Shown piece after piece: positions 1 through 9,481 of a stretch of DNA of 53,864 bases. The stretch comes from Schmidtea nova. Taxonomy: Eukaryota. The stretch is taken from NCBI GenBank assembly GCA_044892505.1, contig CM097882.1:133486001-133539864 (forward strand), given 5' to 3'. The translations under genes were made by a program, and so were the position numbers. The notes beneath the pieces are model-generated. The model searched no databases. It saw only the letters and a program-made list of their open reading frames with translations, and was not told the origin of the DNA. Within the stretch, counting starts at the first letter, position 1; each line of letters begins with the position of its first letter.

Positions 1-29
1 GCAAATCTTATATTCCAACTCCACCAAGC

Positions 30-435
30 CAGTGGCGTACCTAGGGTAAATGGCGCCTATTGCAAACACCGATCTTGCGCCCTTCCCCGACGATAGGTTA
101 CTTACGTTTTATTTTCTAAAAAACTACTTTAGAATTGGGTAAAAAAAAGCACAAAAGTTAAATCTATTAACACTTTATTACAAATTTATCTTTCTTGCTT
201 TAGCTGACGCAAATTGTTTAATTATATTATCAAAGTCAATTTCTTCGGTCATTTCTCGTTCTATGCTAAATAAAGCAAGATCACATAATCGACTTTGGTC
301 CATCGAGGCTCTCAAATATAAAATTATCAATTTTAATTTGCTAAATGATCTTTCGCAACTCTCGCTTTTTCGCCCCCTCCTTCAGTTAGCGCCCATGGCA
401 CGTGCTATGTCTGCCATACCCTAGTTACGCCTCTG
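30..435. mobile_element. Non-autonomous hAT element carrying the 3' end of a hAT transposase (dimerisation domain, minus strand ~178-363)
   Basis: TIRs CAGTGGCGTACCTAGGG / CCCTAGTTACGCCTCTG; 8-bp TSD CACCAAGC (22-29, 436-443); minus strand reads ESCERSFSKLKLI..LRASMDQSRLCDLALFSIEREMTEEIDFDNIIKQFASAKARKINL*. Confidence 0.85.
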
Positions 436-1792
436 CACCAAGCATAAAAAGTAAATACATCATCAATGTTCAAAATACCGACAACAAATGAACACCTTTT
501 TATGTTACAAAAAACTGTTTATTGATATGGTCAAAAATGAAATGTTAAATAATTAAATCATTAAAAGATGAATCTTTCCGGCAAAATTTCGCAAAATTAT
601 ATTTTGCGGCTAAAATTTATCTTGTCAATTAGTAACCCTCCAAACGTCGCTTAGGAAAAGCAACTCAATATATCTTGAATGCTCAATTTCTTAAATCTAG
701 AGCACGAATAATAAATCCTTTCATGTCCGGTGCGTTTTTGTAATTGAAAAACTTTTCATACGCATGCGGGTGAAAGATATTGTATAGCTTAAGGCCATGC
801 AGTAAAGTTTCTGGCAAAAGAAACTGATATTCAGTAGTCTCTGTCTCTTTGACCTACATCATTAATTGAGGTTATTTATTAAAAAATTGTTGTTTTATTT
901 ATTTTTGTATTTTACCATCAAATATAATCATCATTCCTATATTATCAGTGAGTTTTACCCAAATTAGTAACAACAAATTGATATACCCAACGCTATGATT
1001 TAGCCCTCACTCTTCTTTTGCGGCATTGTCGTAACTACGATTTTTGCGCCCTGAAAAAAATTTAAATTGCGCCCTACTTCTGAGTTTTTGTTCGGACATC
1101 ATTTTCTTTGGACACCAAAAAAAGTATTAGTCACTATTTCACAAAACGCGATAATCAGTAAATCTTGATACTAAATAATTTATAACATTTAATTATAAGA
1201 AAATGAAGATTTCATTCAACTTAGTTCATATAACTAAGACTAAGACAGCAAAATAAAATTTTGAAAAAAAATAAAATATTCATAAAAAACGAAAAATTAT
1301 TTAATTTTTTTTGTTTTAACTATCATATAAGCTTATATTAATTTTTATTTCATGTTTTTGCAGATGCAAGATCTTCAATAAGTTCTTTAATGTCCTTTTT
1401 TAATTATATTAAAATTTTTTAATTTTTAGTAAACACCTTGCGCCCTGAACATTTGCTCACTTCGCGTAAAGGTAGTTACTCCTGTACTGTGGGGTTTGCA
1501 GTATCAGGTATAGGTCTTGAAATATATGAGGCAAAATATGGTAAATTCGTCTGTGGTTATAGTTAGGAAAATAGGTTGCTCTTCAAATTAACCCAAAAAT
1601 TTTCAAAACTTAATCATCTATTCAGTTGATTTTTTAAAACGTGAAGTAATTTTTAAGCGTTTATTACAATATTTTTATTAGTGTCATAAATATTAGGGAA
1701 AAGAATGAAGCACACTTGTTGAAGCAATTTTCTGTCTCAAACAAAATGTCACAAACACATACGAATACTGAATGTCTGAAGTGCTGAGGGAG

Positions 1793-2811
1793 TTAGTACT
1801 TCGTTATATTATCTTTCATCTGGATAACAAGGCACAGTCGTTTAAGAATTGTATCGACCACTTTTGCCAGGAAATCAGGATAGATGTGTGACCATTCCTC
1901 ATGCAGATGCGTTTCAAGTTCGGAGGAGTTACGGGCAATAGGAATCCTTTTGCTAACTCGTCTACCAAGGACGTCCTACAGAAACTCAATAGGATTCAGA
2001 TCAGGGCTTTGTCGAACCCAATCCAAAACATTGATGCTGTGCTGCAGAAAGAATTCCTTCATAATGAGCAAAGTATGGATTTGTGCATTATCCTATTGGA
2101 AAATGAGCCCCTCAATTTCTGGGAGAAAGAGAACAAGCTCATTTTCCAGAATGGCACGGTATTCCACTGACGTCATGTGATTGCTGCACTTCACTAGAGA
2201 ACCAGTTCCAAAAGCTGATAAAAGACTCCAAAACATGATGGAGCCTCCTCCATCTTTCACAGTTGACTGAATGCAGTCAGGATGAAATCGTTCTTTTACA
2301 CGACGCCAGCAGAATTGCTGTCCATCAGATTTGAAAAGAGTGAAGCGTGATTCATCACTCCAAATGACTGAACGTCATTGTTCTGCTGTCAACTCCTTCT
2401 CTCGCGGCACCACTTTAAGCGACGATGACGAATTGTTTCTGTAATCAAAAGCTTCCTTGCGCAGTATCTGCCATAGAAACTATGAAAATGTAATGCACAA
2501 CGAATGGTGGACATACTGACATGTACATGACTAGTGTTAATTGTGGACATTAACTTGGACAGGGGGAACCGACGATGAGCCACTAGAAGTCGTTTCAGCT
2601 GCCGTTGTGTACAGATGCTCAGAAGTTTAGGGTGGCCTGGCCGTTGCTTGTTGACATGTGTCTGCTCCTGGCGGTACTTCCTCAGAAAGTATTTAATAGT
2701 TCCTTTAGGATGGCCAGTCAATGCAGCAGTTTCCCTTTGACTTTTTCCACAAAGGTAACATCCGTAAATAATGCCTTTCTGAAAGTCTGTAAGCTCTCTC
2801 CGAGTAGCCAT
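1793..2811 (-). pseudogene. Tc1-family DD34E transposase, disrupted by one frameshift and several stops
   Basis: N-terminal HTH region (MATRRELTDFQKGII...GHPKLLS), then after a frameshift near 2390 WSDESRF, FQ*DNA and SPDLNPIE with 34 residues between D and E; matching TIR pair not found. Confidence 0.85.
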
Positions 2812-4023
2812 ATTGTAAGAAAGTGACAATCCTCCATTAACATGACTCACTGTTGTGTGCTTGTGTGAGTAGTCATATTCTGTGTGTGAGTGTGTGCGTT
2901 TGTACATGTGTGCATGCAGCACTTTGAAAGTGTTGGTGACCTTTGTTCCCATTGCTGTTCATATTTGCACTGCAAACGTTCATTATAAACTGATATATAT
3001 AAATAACTGCCTGACTGGAGATTTTTGGTATGTCGGGGTACAACAATGACAGTTGAGTATTTAATATTAATTTTTGACTTGAGCCATTTATTTGTCGAGG
3101 GAAGTATTTAAGTTAAGGTCTAATATTTGAAAAAATGAACAAATGTTGAAATTTTAATTTTTCACACTTAAATTACCAATCAGAATATTCCATATTTCAG
3201 ACACTTGAAAAAGGCGACACTGAAAATTTGTATTGAATAGAAAATCATAGTTTTTATCTATTGGAAAGTATTTGAAATATCTTACTTCATGTTTCTATAT
3301 AAATTACACTAAAACCACAATAAGCGAAAAATATGAGTAGTAAGTCCATCTAAGACAATTTTAAGCCGGTTTATCCAAGGCCCAACTTGGTCGCTTTAGG
3401 AAACAAACCAGCAATTTATATGTTTTTTGAACTTATTTTGTAGCCAATCTAATTTTCATGCTCGAAAACGCCTAAATTCTGCTTGATCTTTTTACTCTTA
3501 CTCATCATCTGGCTCAAAATTAATTTTTAAGAGAAAAAAAACAAATTTGAATGAAATTAAATATAAATATTTCATTCAGTTTATTTTTTTTATTCGTGAC
3601 TACGTCATGCAGTTCGTCATTCTGATTATGTCAGGGGAAGGTTTTAGGGAAAAGTTTTGGAACCAATATGTCTCCAAAAAGTTTGGTAATGACTCCTCTA
3701 AACTAACAAAAATTAAACATTGATTGTTAAATAAAACAAGTAGTAGGATGTGTCCCCGTCAGATCAGTAACCCCCCCCCCTCAAATTTTTTAAAGTTACA
3801 TAACACCGGACACTTGACCATTACATAACTCGTACGTGACCAGCGTACTCGTGCAAAGACACACTTATGGCACGTGTTTCCAATGGCAACTACTACTTTT
3901 AGAATTTTTTATATCATCCGCACGTGCCCGGCACACTTATTGACTATTACATCATCCGCGCGTGTCCGCCATGCTTATTGACCAGCACACTTAGTGACCA
4001 ACACACCATCAGGTAATCACTAC

Positions 4024-4137
4024 CCGCCAACCGCCAACCGCCAACAACCAACCGCCAACTGCCCACCGCCGACCGCCGACCACCAACCGCCATCCGCCAT
4101 CCGCCATCCGCCATCCGCCATCCGCCAACTGCCCACT
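4024..4137 (+). repeat. GC-rich 7-bp minisatellite (CCGCCAW) in the left TIR; mirrored at ~19072-19203
   Basis: Tandem CCGCCAA/CCGCCAT/CCGCCGA units. Confidence 0.9.
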
Positions 4138-4538
4138 GCGCTCCGCTGCGCTCAACTGCGATCCATTAAATTATCGAAAATCTATATTAGTATTATAATT
4201 ATATAGTTTTCAAGTTATATAAATGCAAGATTTCTCATCAGGATTCAGATTCGTAATGCTTTCATGAAGTCCATAAAAGTTTTAAGATATAACATATATT
4301 TTTATTCTTAATTCATGCCATTATTTAGAAAATATGTAATCAACTATCTTAATGGTAAAAAAATAATCCGGAATGGTCTTTATATAAAAATATACAAGTT
4401 TATACAATCTGTTTACTAACTACTTTATCAGTAGTATTTGATAATTTTATTTAAATTAATCAAATTTATTTTTTAATTACTTTATCTTTATTTCTATATT
4501 AGTCAATTATGGTCCGATTTTTATGAAAACTTGTATAC

Positions 4539-4880
4539 ATATCAAATTCAATATGCTGAATCCGAATTTGTTACAAAAAATAGGGAAAAAAATTAGTCCA
4601 AAGTGAGAGTTGAACCTGGGCCTCTCACATATAAAAAAATTTTAAATGATTTTTCTCGACTAATACTTGTCAGATTTGAACCAAAATTTCTATTTATATC
4701 AAATTCAATATGCTGAATCCGAATTTGTTACAAAAAATAGAAAAAAAAATTAGTCCAAAGTGGGAGTTGAACCTGGGCCTCTCACATATAAAAAAATTTT
4801 AATTGATTTTCTCAACTAATACTTGTGAGATTTTAACCAAAATTTCTATTTATATCAAATTCAATACGCTGAATCCGATT
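4539..4880 (+). repeat. ~156-bp tandem repeat (two full copies plus a partial) in the left TIR; mirrored at ~18325-18665
   Basis: ATATCAAATTCAATAYGCTGAATCCGA starts at 4539, 4696 and 4852. Confidence 0.9.
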
Positions 4881-5197
4881 CCTTAACAAAATTTTCATAA
4901 AAACGGCCAAAGAAAAAATTATTCAACCTTGAGAGTTAAAACTGGGGTCTCACAATTAGAAATCCATAGCCTTTCCAACTAAGCTACATTCCACACTTTT
5001 AATAAACAAAATTTTAACATATATTTGATTTTTCTNNNNNNNNNNNNNNNNNNNNNNNNNNNNNNNNNNNNNNNNNNNNNNNNNNNNNNNNNNNNNNNNN
5101 NNNNNNNNNNNNNNNNNNNNNNNNNNNNNNNNNNNNNNNNNNNNNNNNNNNNNNNNNNNNNNNNNNNNNNNNNNNNNNNNNNNNNNNNNNNNNNNNN

Positions 5198-5298
5198 TTG
5201 AACGCGCGTGAAACGCGCGTTCTTCTTCCTTGTTGTATAAGACAAATCACAGTACGCATTGAACGCGCGTGAAACGCGCGTTCTTCTTCCCTTGTTGT
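5198..5298 (+). repeat. 61-bp-period units each containing a perfect 10-bp-stem hairpin; mirrored at 17912-17998
   Basis: GAACGCGCGT-GAA-ACGCGCGTTC at 5200-5222 and 5261-5283; adjacent to an N gap. Confidence 0.9.
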
Positions 5299-5303
5299 TT
5301 AAG

Positions 5304-5378
<75 letters not shown>
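5304..5378. repeat. (ATA)25 microsatellite inside the left TIR
   Basis: Direct reading; the mirror position in the right TIR is an N gap. Confidence 0.95.
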
Positions 5379-5381
<3 letters not shown>

Positions 5382-5445
5382 CACACAAATAAAACTTGAC
5401 ACAAAATAAAAAAAAGACATTTTCAAATAACAAAATTTATTAAAA

Positions 5446-5895
5446 TCAAAATACGTGAGATATTCTGGCATTGTTGACTCTCCAAATTGGAGTCATAACA
5501 TCATTCAAATCAAGTTTATACCCTTGAATTGTAATGTTAATATACCAGCTTTCATTATCAATTAATTGAATCTCTTCAAATGAATCGAAGAATTTGGTTT
5601 GCCGATTATTAATGACTATGTTTTCATTGCAACATAATTTCTTATTGATCTGATTCAAAACTTTATTGAGAGATAATACATCTTCTTTCGATATAGTTCC
5701 ATAAAGATTCGAATATTGAGTCTTACTCAATTTAACAGGATTTGAAAGACTGAAATCTATTTCACTAACCAAAAAATACATTTTATGGCCATGATATATT
5801 TGAACTGGCTTCAAAATAGCTTTCTTTGATTTAACTGGTTTGTCTGAATCAATTGTATTAGATCCATTATTGCTAAATAATTTAGTTCCTAACAT
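5446..5895 (-). CDS. Polinton orphan protein, 149 aa from ATG 5895; weak resemblance to OB-fold ssDNA-binding proteins
   Basis: Open 450-nt frame in AT-rich DNA, TATAAATA 42 bp upstream, stop inside the TIR followed by AATAAA; SSB idea rests only on the C-terminal pattern YINITIQGY..PIWRVNNARI. Confidence 0.65.
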   Translation of the reverse strand: MLGTKLFSNNGSNTIDSDKPVKSKKAILKPVQIYHGHKMYFLVSEIDFSLSNPVKLSKTQYSNLYGTISKEDVLSLNKVLNQINKKLCCNENIVINNRQTKFFDSFEEIQLIDNESWYINITIQGYKLDLNDVMTPIWRVNNARISHVF

Positions 5896-6136
5896 TTTAA
5901 AATAATAATCTTTAATCACTTAAAGCTTATATTTATACTAAAATAACAATCGTGTATGCAACCAATCAAAATACTATGATTGAAATACATTCAAACTATA
6001 ATTCAATTAAACAAAAAAAAAAAAAAACTTAAATAAAATAACAATAAAAACTAATAACTATTTAAATACTTTAACAATAAAATATAAAAAGAAGATTAAA
6101 TAAAAATAAATACAATTAAAGAATAACAATTTATTA

Positions 6137-6497
6137 TTAAATAACATCTTGGGCTCTATGCCACCTTTCTAACTGATAAAGCAGCTCTTCTTTATCTTTT
6201 AAGAACCTCCAGTTTGGGCAACATTTGCAATGAATGCAGCAAATGGGCTCCAACTTTATCGGAGGCTCTTTCATATTCCTTTTGTGTTCCCCGATCACCT
6301 CTTTCAGGTTCACGCCGGAGAACATCCATACCTTGAAGGAAATGAACTCTGGAGCCCAAAACATCATTTCCTTCATTTCTTCAGGGTATAATCTTGCCAT
6401 TGTTTGCAATGCTATTTGCATTAGTGATTCTAAAATAATTAAATTAAAAATTAATTAAAATAAAACAAATAGGCTTACCGTCCAAGGAGCTAGACAT
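6137..6497 (-). CDS. Spliced Cys-rich orphan, 103 aa; exons 6497-6479 and 6429-6137 (49-bp intron)
   Basis: ATG TCT AGC TCC TTG GAC G|gtaagc...ttttag|AA TCA CTA ATG joins in frame (MSSSLDESLMQIALQ); CCIHCKCCP cluster; TATATATA 40 bp upstream; AATAAA after the stop. Confidence 0.7.
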
Positions 6498-6604
6498 GTT
6501 TTTTCATTTTTAACTGAATAAGTGTTTCGTATATATACAAAATTTTGAAACACACTACACCCAATCAGAAACATACACACTCATTACGTATACATGACAA
6601 ATAC

Positions 6605-7075
6605 TTAGGTAATACTTAGCAAAAAGTTTAGGAAATCTTCCTCCTCATTCATCGATTTTATTTCGTTAATAATTTGTTCAACCAATTCATGATAATCCAA
6701 GGTTTTAATACCAAGTATTACTACTTTGCCACTTGCAAAAACGTTTACACATAATGGATTAAATTTAGAATATCTCAAAGCTGGAAATATTTCTGGTTCA
6801 TAAACACAATTAGTTTTCTTCAATAATAAATTTAAATTAACACGGGATCCTATATCTGCAGTTACTGTAATTGATTGAATTTGAATATCTTCAATTGGAT
6901 ATTGTAAATCTTCAATTTTTAAAGGTTGTTTGCACCCCATTATTCGACATTTACCTGATTTGAAAAATAAAATCGGATACTTTCCACTTCTATCGACAAT
7001 TTGTTGTGGTTTCTCCATTGGAAATTTCATGTGCGAAACTGAGCATTTACCTTTATAATTTATGTTGGTCAGCAT
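6605..7075 (-). CDS. TBP-like: TATA-binding protein (TBP)-like protein, 156 aa
   Basis: Two TBP repeats: LTNIN...ILFFKSGKCRIMGCK and IQIQSIT...VYEPEIFPALRY...VNVFASGKVVILGIK, matching yeast TBP LQNIV...ALIFASGKMVVTGAK and FKIQNIV...SYEPELFPGLIY...LLIFVSGKIVLTGAK. Confidence 0.9.
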   Translation of the reverse strand: MLTNINYKGKCSVSHMKFPMEKPQQIVDRSGKYPILFFKSGKCRIMGCKQPLKIEDLQYPIEDIQIQSITVTADIGSRVNLNLLLKKTNCVYEPEIFPALRYSKFNPLCVNVFASGKVVILGIKTLDYHELVEQIINEIKSMNEEEDFLNFLLSIT

Positions 7076-7166
7076 TTATGATGTAATAAAATTTAAATAT
7101 TTTTTATTCGTGTAAAACAATTAATTAAAACAAATATAAACAATAACAATTTCTTTAATATATTAA

Positions 7167-7790
7167 ATGGAATTGAGAAACGACGCAGTATATCAAATTG
7201 TTGGTCCAAGTGGAAGTGGGAAAACATTGTTTGTTTGTAAATTGTTACAATCAAATATGTTTAAATCAAAATTTAATAAAATATATTGGCACCGGGGAGC
7301 TGATGATGAACATGGTTTGACACAAGACCAATTTTGTAAGATAAAAATGACAACAATTAAAGGATTTGATAAAAACTGGTCATCTAGATTACGACAAGGT
7401 GATGTTATTATTATTGATGATTTGTATCAAGAAGCTAATAAAGAAAAGGACTTTAATAATTTATTCACGAAAATAGCTAGACATAAAGGAGTTACAGTTA
7501 TTTTTATTACTCAAAATTTATTTCATCAAGGTGGAGCTCACCGAACTCGTAATTTAAATGTTCAATATCTAGTTGTTTTTAAAAATCCCAGAGATGCAAC
7601 AGTTATTGATTTTCTTGCAAGACAAGCTTACCCTAATAATCGTAGTTTTTTAATTGATGCATTTCAAGATGCAACTCAAATTCCACATGGGTATATTTTT
7701 CTGGATTTCACACAACAATGTCCTGATGAATTACGAGTTAGTACCGATATTTTCAATAAAGAAGGTGCAATGATTTATAAACAAAGTTGA
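7167..7790 (+). CDS. ATPase: A32/FtsK-HerA family genome-packaging ATPase, 207 aa
   Basis: Walker A GPSGSGKT, Walker B IIIDD, ARH..VIFITQNLF, FKNPRD. Confidence 0.93.
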   Translation: MELRNDAVYQIVGPSGSGKTLFVCKLLQSNMFKSKFNKIYWHRGADDEHGLTQDQFCKIKMTTIKGFDKNWSSRLRQGDVIIIDDLYQEANKEKDFNNLFTKIARHKGVTVIFITQNLFHQGGAHRTRNLNVQYLVVFKNPRDATVIDFLARQAYPNNRSFLIDAFQDATQIPHGYIFLDFTQQCPDELRVSTDIFNKEGAMIYKQS

Positions 7791-7810
7791 AATAATAAAT
7801 TACATCAATA

Positions 7811-8347
7811 ATGTTTTTAAAATCACGCACAAAGATATTAAAGTCGCCTAAAATTAAAAAAGTTTTTAAAAAGAAACGTCAAACTAAAGTACCACCAAAG
7901 ACTAGTTACACGTCACCGAAGAAACTTATTATTGAAAATATTCCTGCAAAGAATCTTATTTCACATAATCTGAAACCAAAAGAATCTTTAGAAAAAATTG
8001 AAAATGAAATAAAAACATCAAATCATCGTAGTTTCCCATTTTTCAATGCATTACTTAAGGCACCTAGTATTAAAAGAATTAGTATTTTACAATCGTTTCC
8101 AAATTATGTTATTGATGATCTACTTGATGTTATAGTTAAAATCGTCAAAGGTAAAATTAATATAAGTAAATCAAATAAAAAAGTTCTAAACAAACACAAG
8201 AAACCATTGTTATCACTTGTAAATACTAAAAGTCGGAAACAAATGCGTAAAATCATATATAAACAACAAGGAGGATTTATTGCTGCATTATTACCATTAG
8301 CATTATCTTTATTAGGAGGAGTTGGTTTATTAGGACAACAAACATAA
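7811..8347 (+). CDS. Basic Lys-rich Polinton protein with QQGGF motif and hydrophobic C-terminus (putative core/membrane-active virion protein), 178 aa
   Basis: Open frame, very high Lys content, C-terminal KQQGGFIAALLPLALSLLGG; function inferred. Confidence 0.7.
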   Translation: MFLKSRTKILKSPKIKKVFKKKRQTKVPPKTSYTSPKKLIIENIPAKNLISHNLKPKESLEKIENEIKTSNHRSFPFFNALLKAPSIKRISILQSFPNYVIDDLLDVIVKIVKGKINISKSNKKVLNKHKKPLLSLVNTKSRKQMRKIIYKQQGGFIAALLPLALSLLGGVGLLGQQT

Positions 8348-8414
8348 ACAATGGGACAAACACCTTTGAGTCATTTAGCTAATCTTACATTGAATTTTAA
8401 ATCTACTTGTTGTA

Positions 8415-9481
8415 ATGGAGAAGATATGGACAAATCCGAAAGATCCAGCAGGCTTCGGTGGGGTAGAAAAGCTAAACAAAAAAGTAATCAAATCGAAAAA
8501 AGAGACGCAAAATTGGTTATCCGGACAACTGGCATACAGTCTAAACAAACCAATGCTGAAACGATTTCCAGTAAGAGCATATAAAACATATGGTATTAAC
8601 GATCTGTGGCAAATGGATTTGATGGAAATGATTCCTTATTCGAAAATCAATAAGGGTTTCAAATATATATTAACTTGTATTGATATTTTTAGTCGATATG
8701 CACGTGCGGTTCCAACCAAAACAAAATCTGCTAATGAAATGGCAGTGGCAATCAAAACATTGTTTGCTGATGGGCAGCCGAAAAACTTACAAACTGATTT
8801 AGGTAAGAAAATTAATTAATTTAATTTAATTTAATTTTTAATTTAGGTAAAGAATTTTACAATAGCAAAGTTAAAGAAATTTTAAAGGGAATAAATCATT
8901 ACTCAGTATTTTCACAATTCAAAGCAGCGCATGTTGAAAGATTTAATCGTACATTAAGAGAAAAATTGAAAAAGTATTTTGTGCATCAAGGGAATAAAAC
9001 ATGGATTAATGTTTTACCAAAGATTATTCATAGTTATAATCATTCACCGCATATAGGATTAAAGGGAATGAGACCAGTTGATGTTTCAATAAAAAATACA
9101 GCAAAGATTTTATTATCTCGCAAAGAAAACGCGAAAATGAAAAAACCTAAATATAAAGTTGGTGATCATGTTAGGATTAGTAAAATATCTGCTTCACCAT
9201 TCATCAAGAATTTTGATAGTAATTGGAGTGATGAGGTATTTCAGATCTCAAAAATTAATACTAGCCAAGATCCTGTCATGTATGTTATTTCTGATTCTGA
9301 AAATAATGTAGTTAGTGGTAAATTTTACGAGCAAGAATTGCAAGTTATTCCCCCACCAACAGTATTTAGAATTGAAAAAATTTTAAAAACTAAAATAGTG
9401 GGTAAAGATAAACAATATTATGTCAAATGGCATGGATATCAAAACCCATCATGGATATCAGCCAAAGATCTAGTAAAATGA
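8415..9481 (+). CDS. INT: Retroviral-like DDE integrase with C-terminal chromodomain, 340 aa; exons 8415-8802 and 8847-9481 (44-bp intron)
   Basis: WQMDL; splicing restores LQTDLG|KEFYN; HVERFNRTL; KYKVGDHVRIS; FRIEKIL..YYVKWHGY chromodomain. Confidence 0.93.

Larger units (their letters stand above)
3739..5452 (+). repeat. Left TIR of the Polinton (~1.7 kb, contains N gap)
   Basis: Reverse-complement match to 17658-19512 can be followed from the terminus through the GC-rich repeats, 156-bp repeats and hairpin units to ...TAAAATCAAAAT at 5452. Confidence 0.92.

Noticed and set aside
1024-1484. Possible hAT MITE (GTAACTAC/GTAGTTAC ends, GCGCCC motifs)
   Set aside because: No TSD and poor TIR match; boundaries unsupported
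1884-2826. Plus-strand ORFs 1884-2180, 1901-2170 and 2605-2826
   Set aside because: Antisense shadows of the Tc1 transposase
3994-4206. ORFs MTNTPSG... (also 18999-19232 and 19091-19273)
   Set aside because: Translations of the 7-bp minisatellite, with non-ATG starts
5198-5298. Palindromic repeat-spacer-repeat resembling a CRISPR array
   Set aside because: Eukaryotic Polinton TIR, only two units and one spacer visible, the same spacer in both TIRs and no cas genes; treated as a tandem repeat
4979-5471. ORFs containing X runs or poly-Tyr (also around 17677-18226, 27638-28359, 30138-30458, 35988, 52861-53184)
   Set aside because: Artefacts of N gaps and the (ATA)n microsatellite
8351-8584. 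77-aa ORF overlapping the integrase start; likewise 6234-6458, 10222-10416, 12755-13066, 12900-13103
   Set aside because: Alternative-frame or antisense overlaps of better-supported genes, with no motifs
9427-9477. Track start of the mCP ORF (MAWISK)
   Set aside because: Overlaps the integrase chromodomain; the conserved mCP start is ATG 9478
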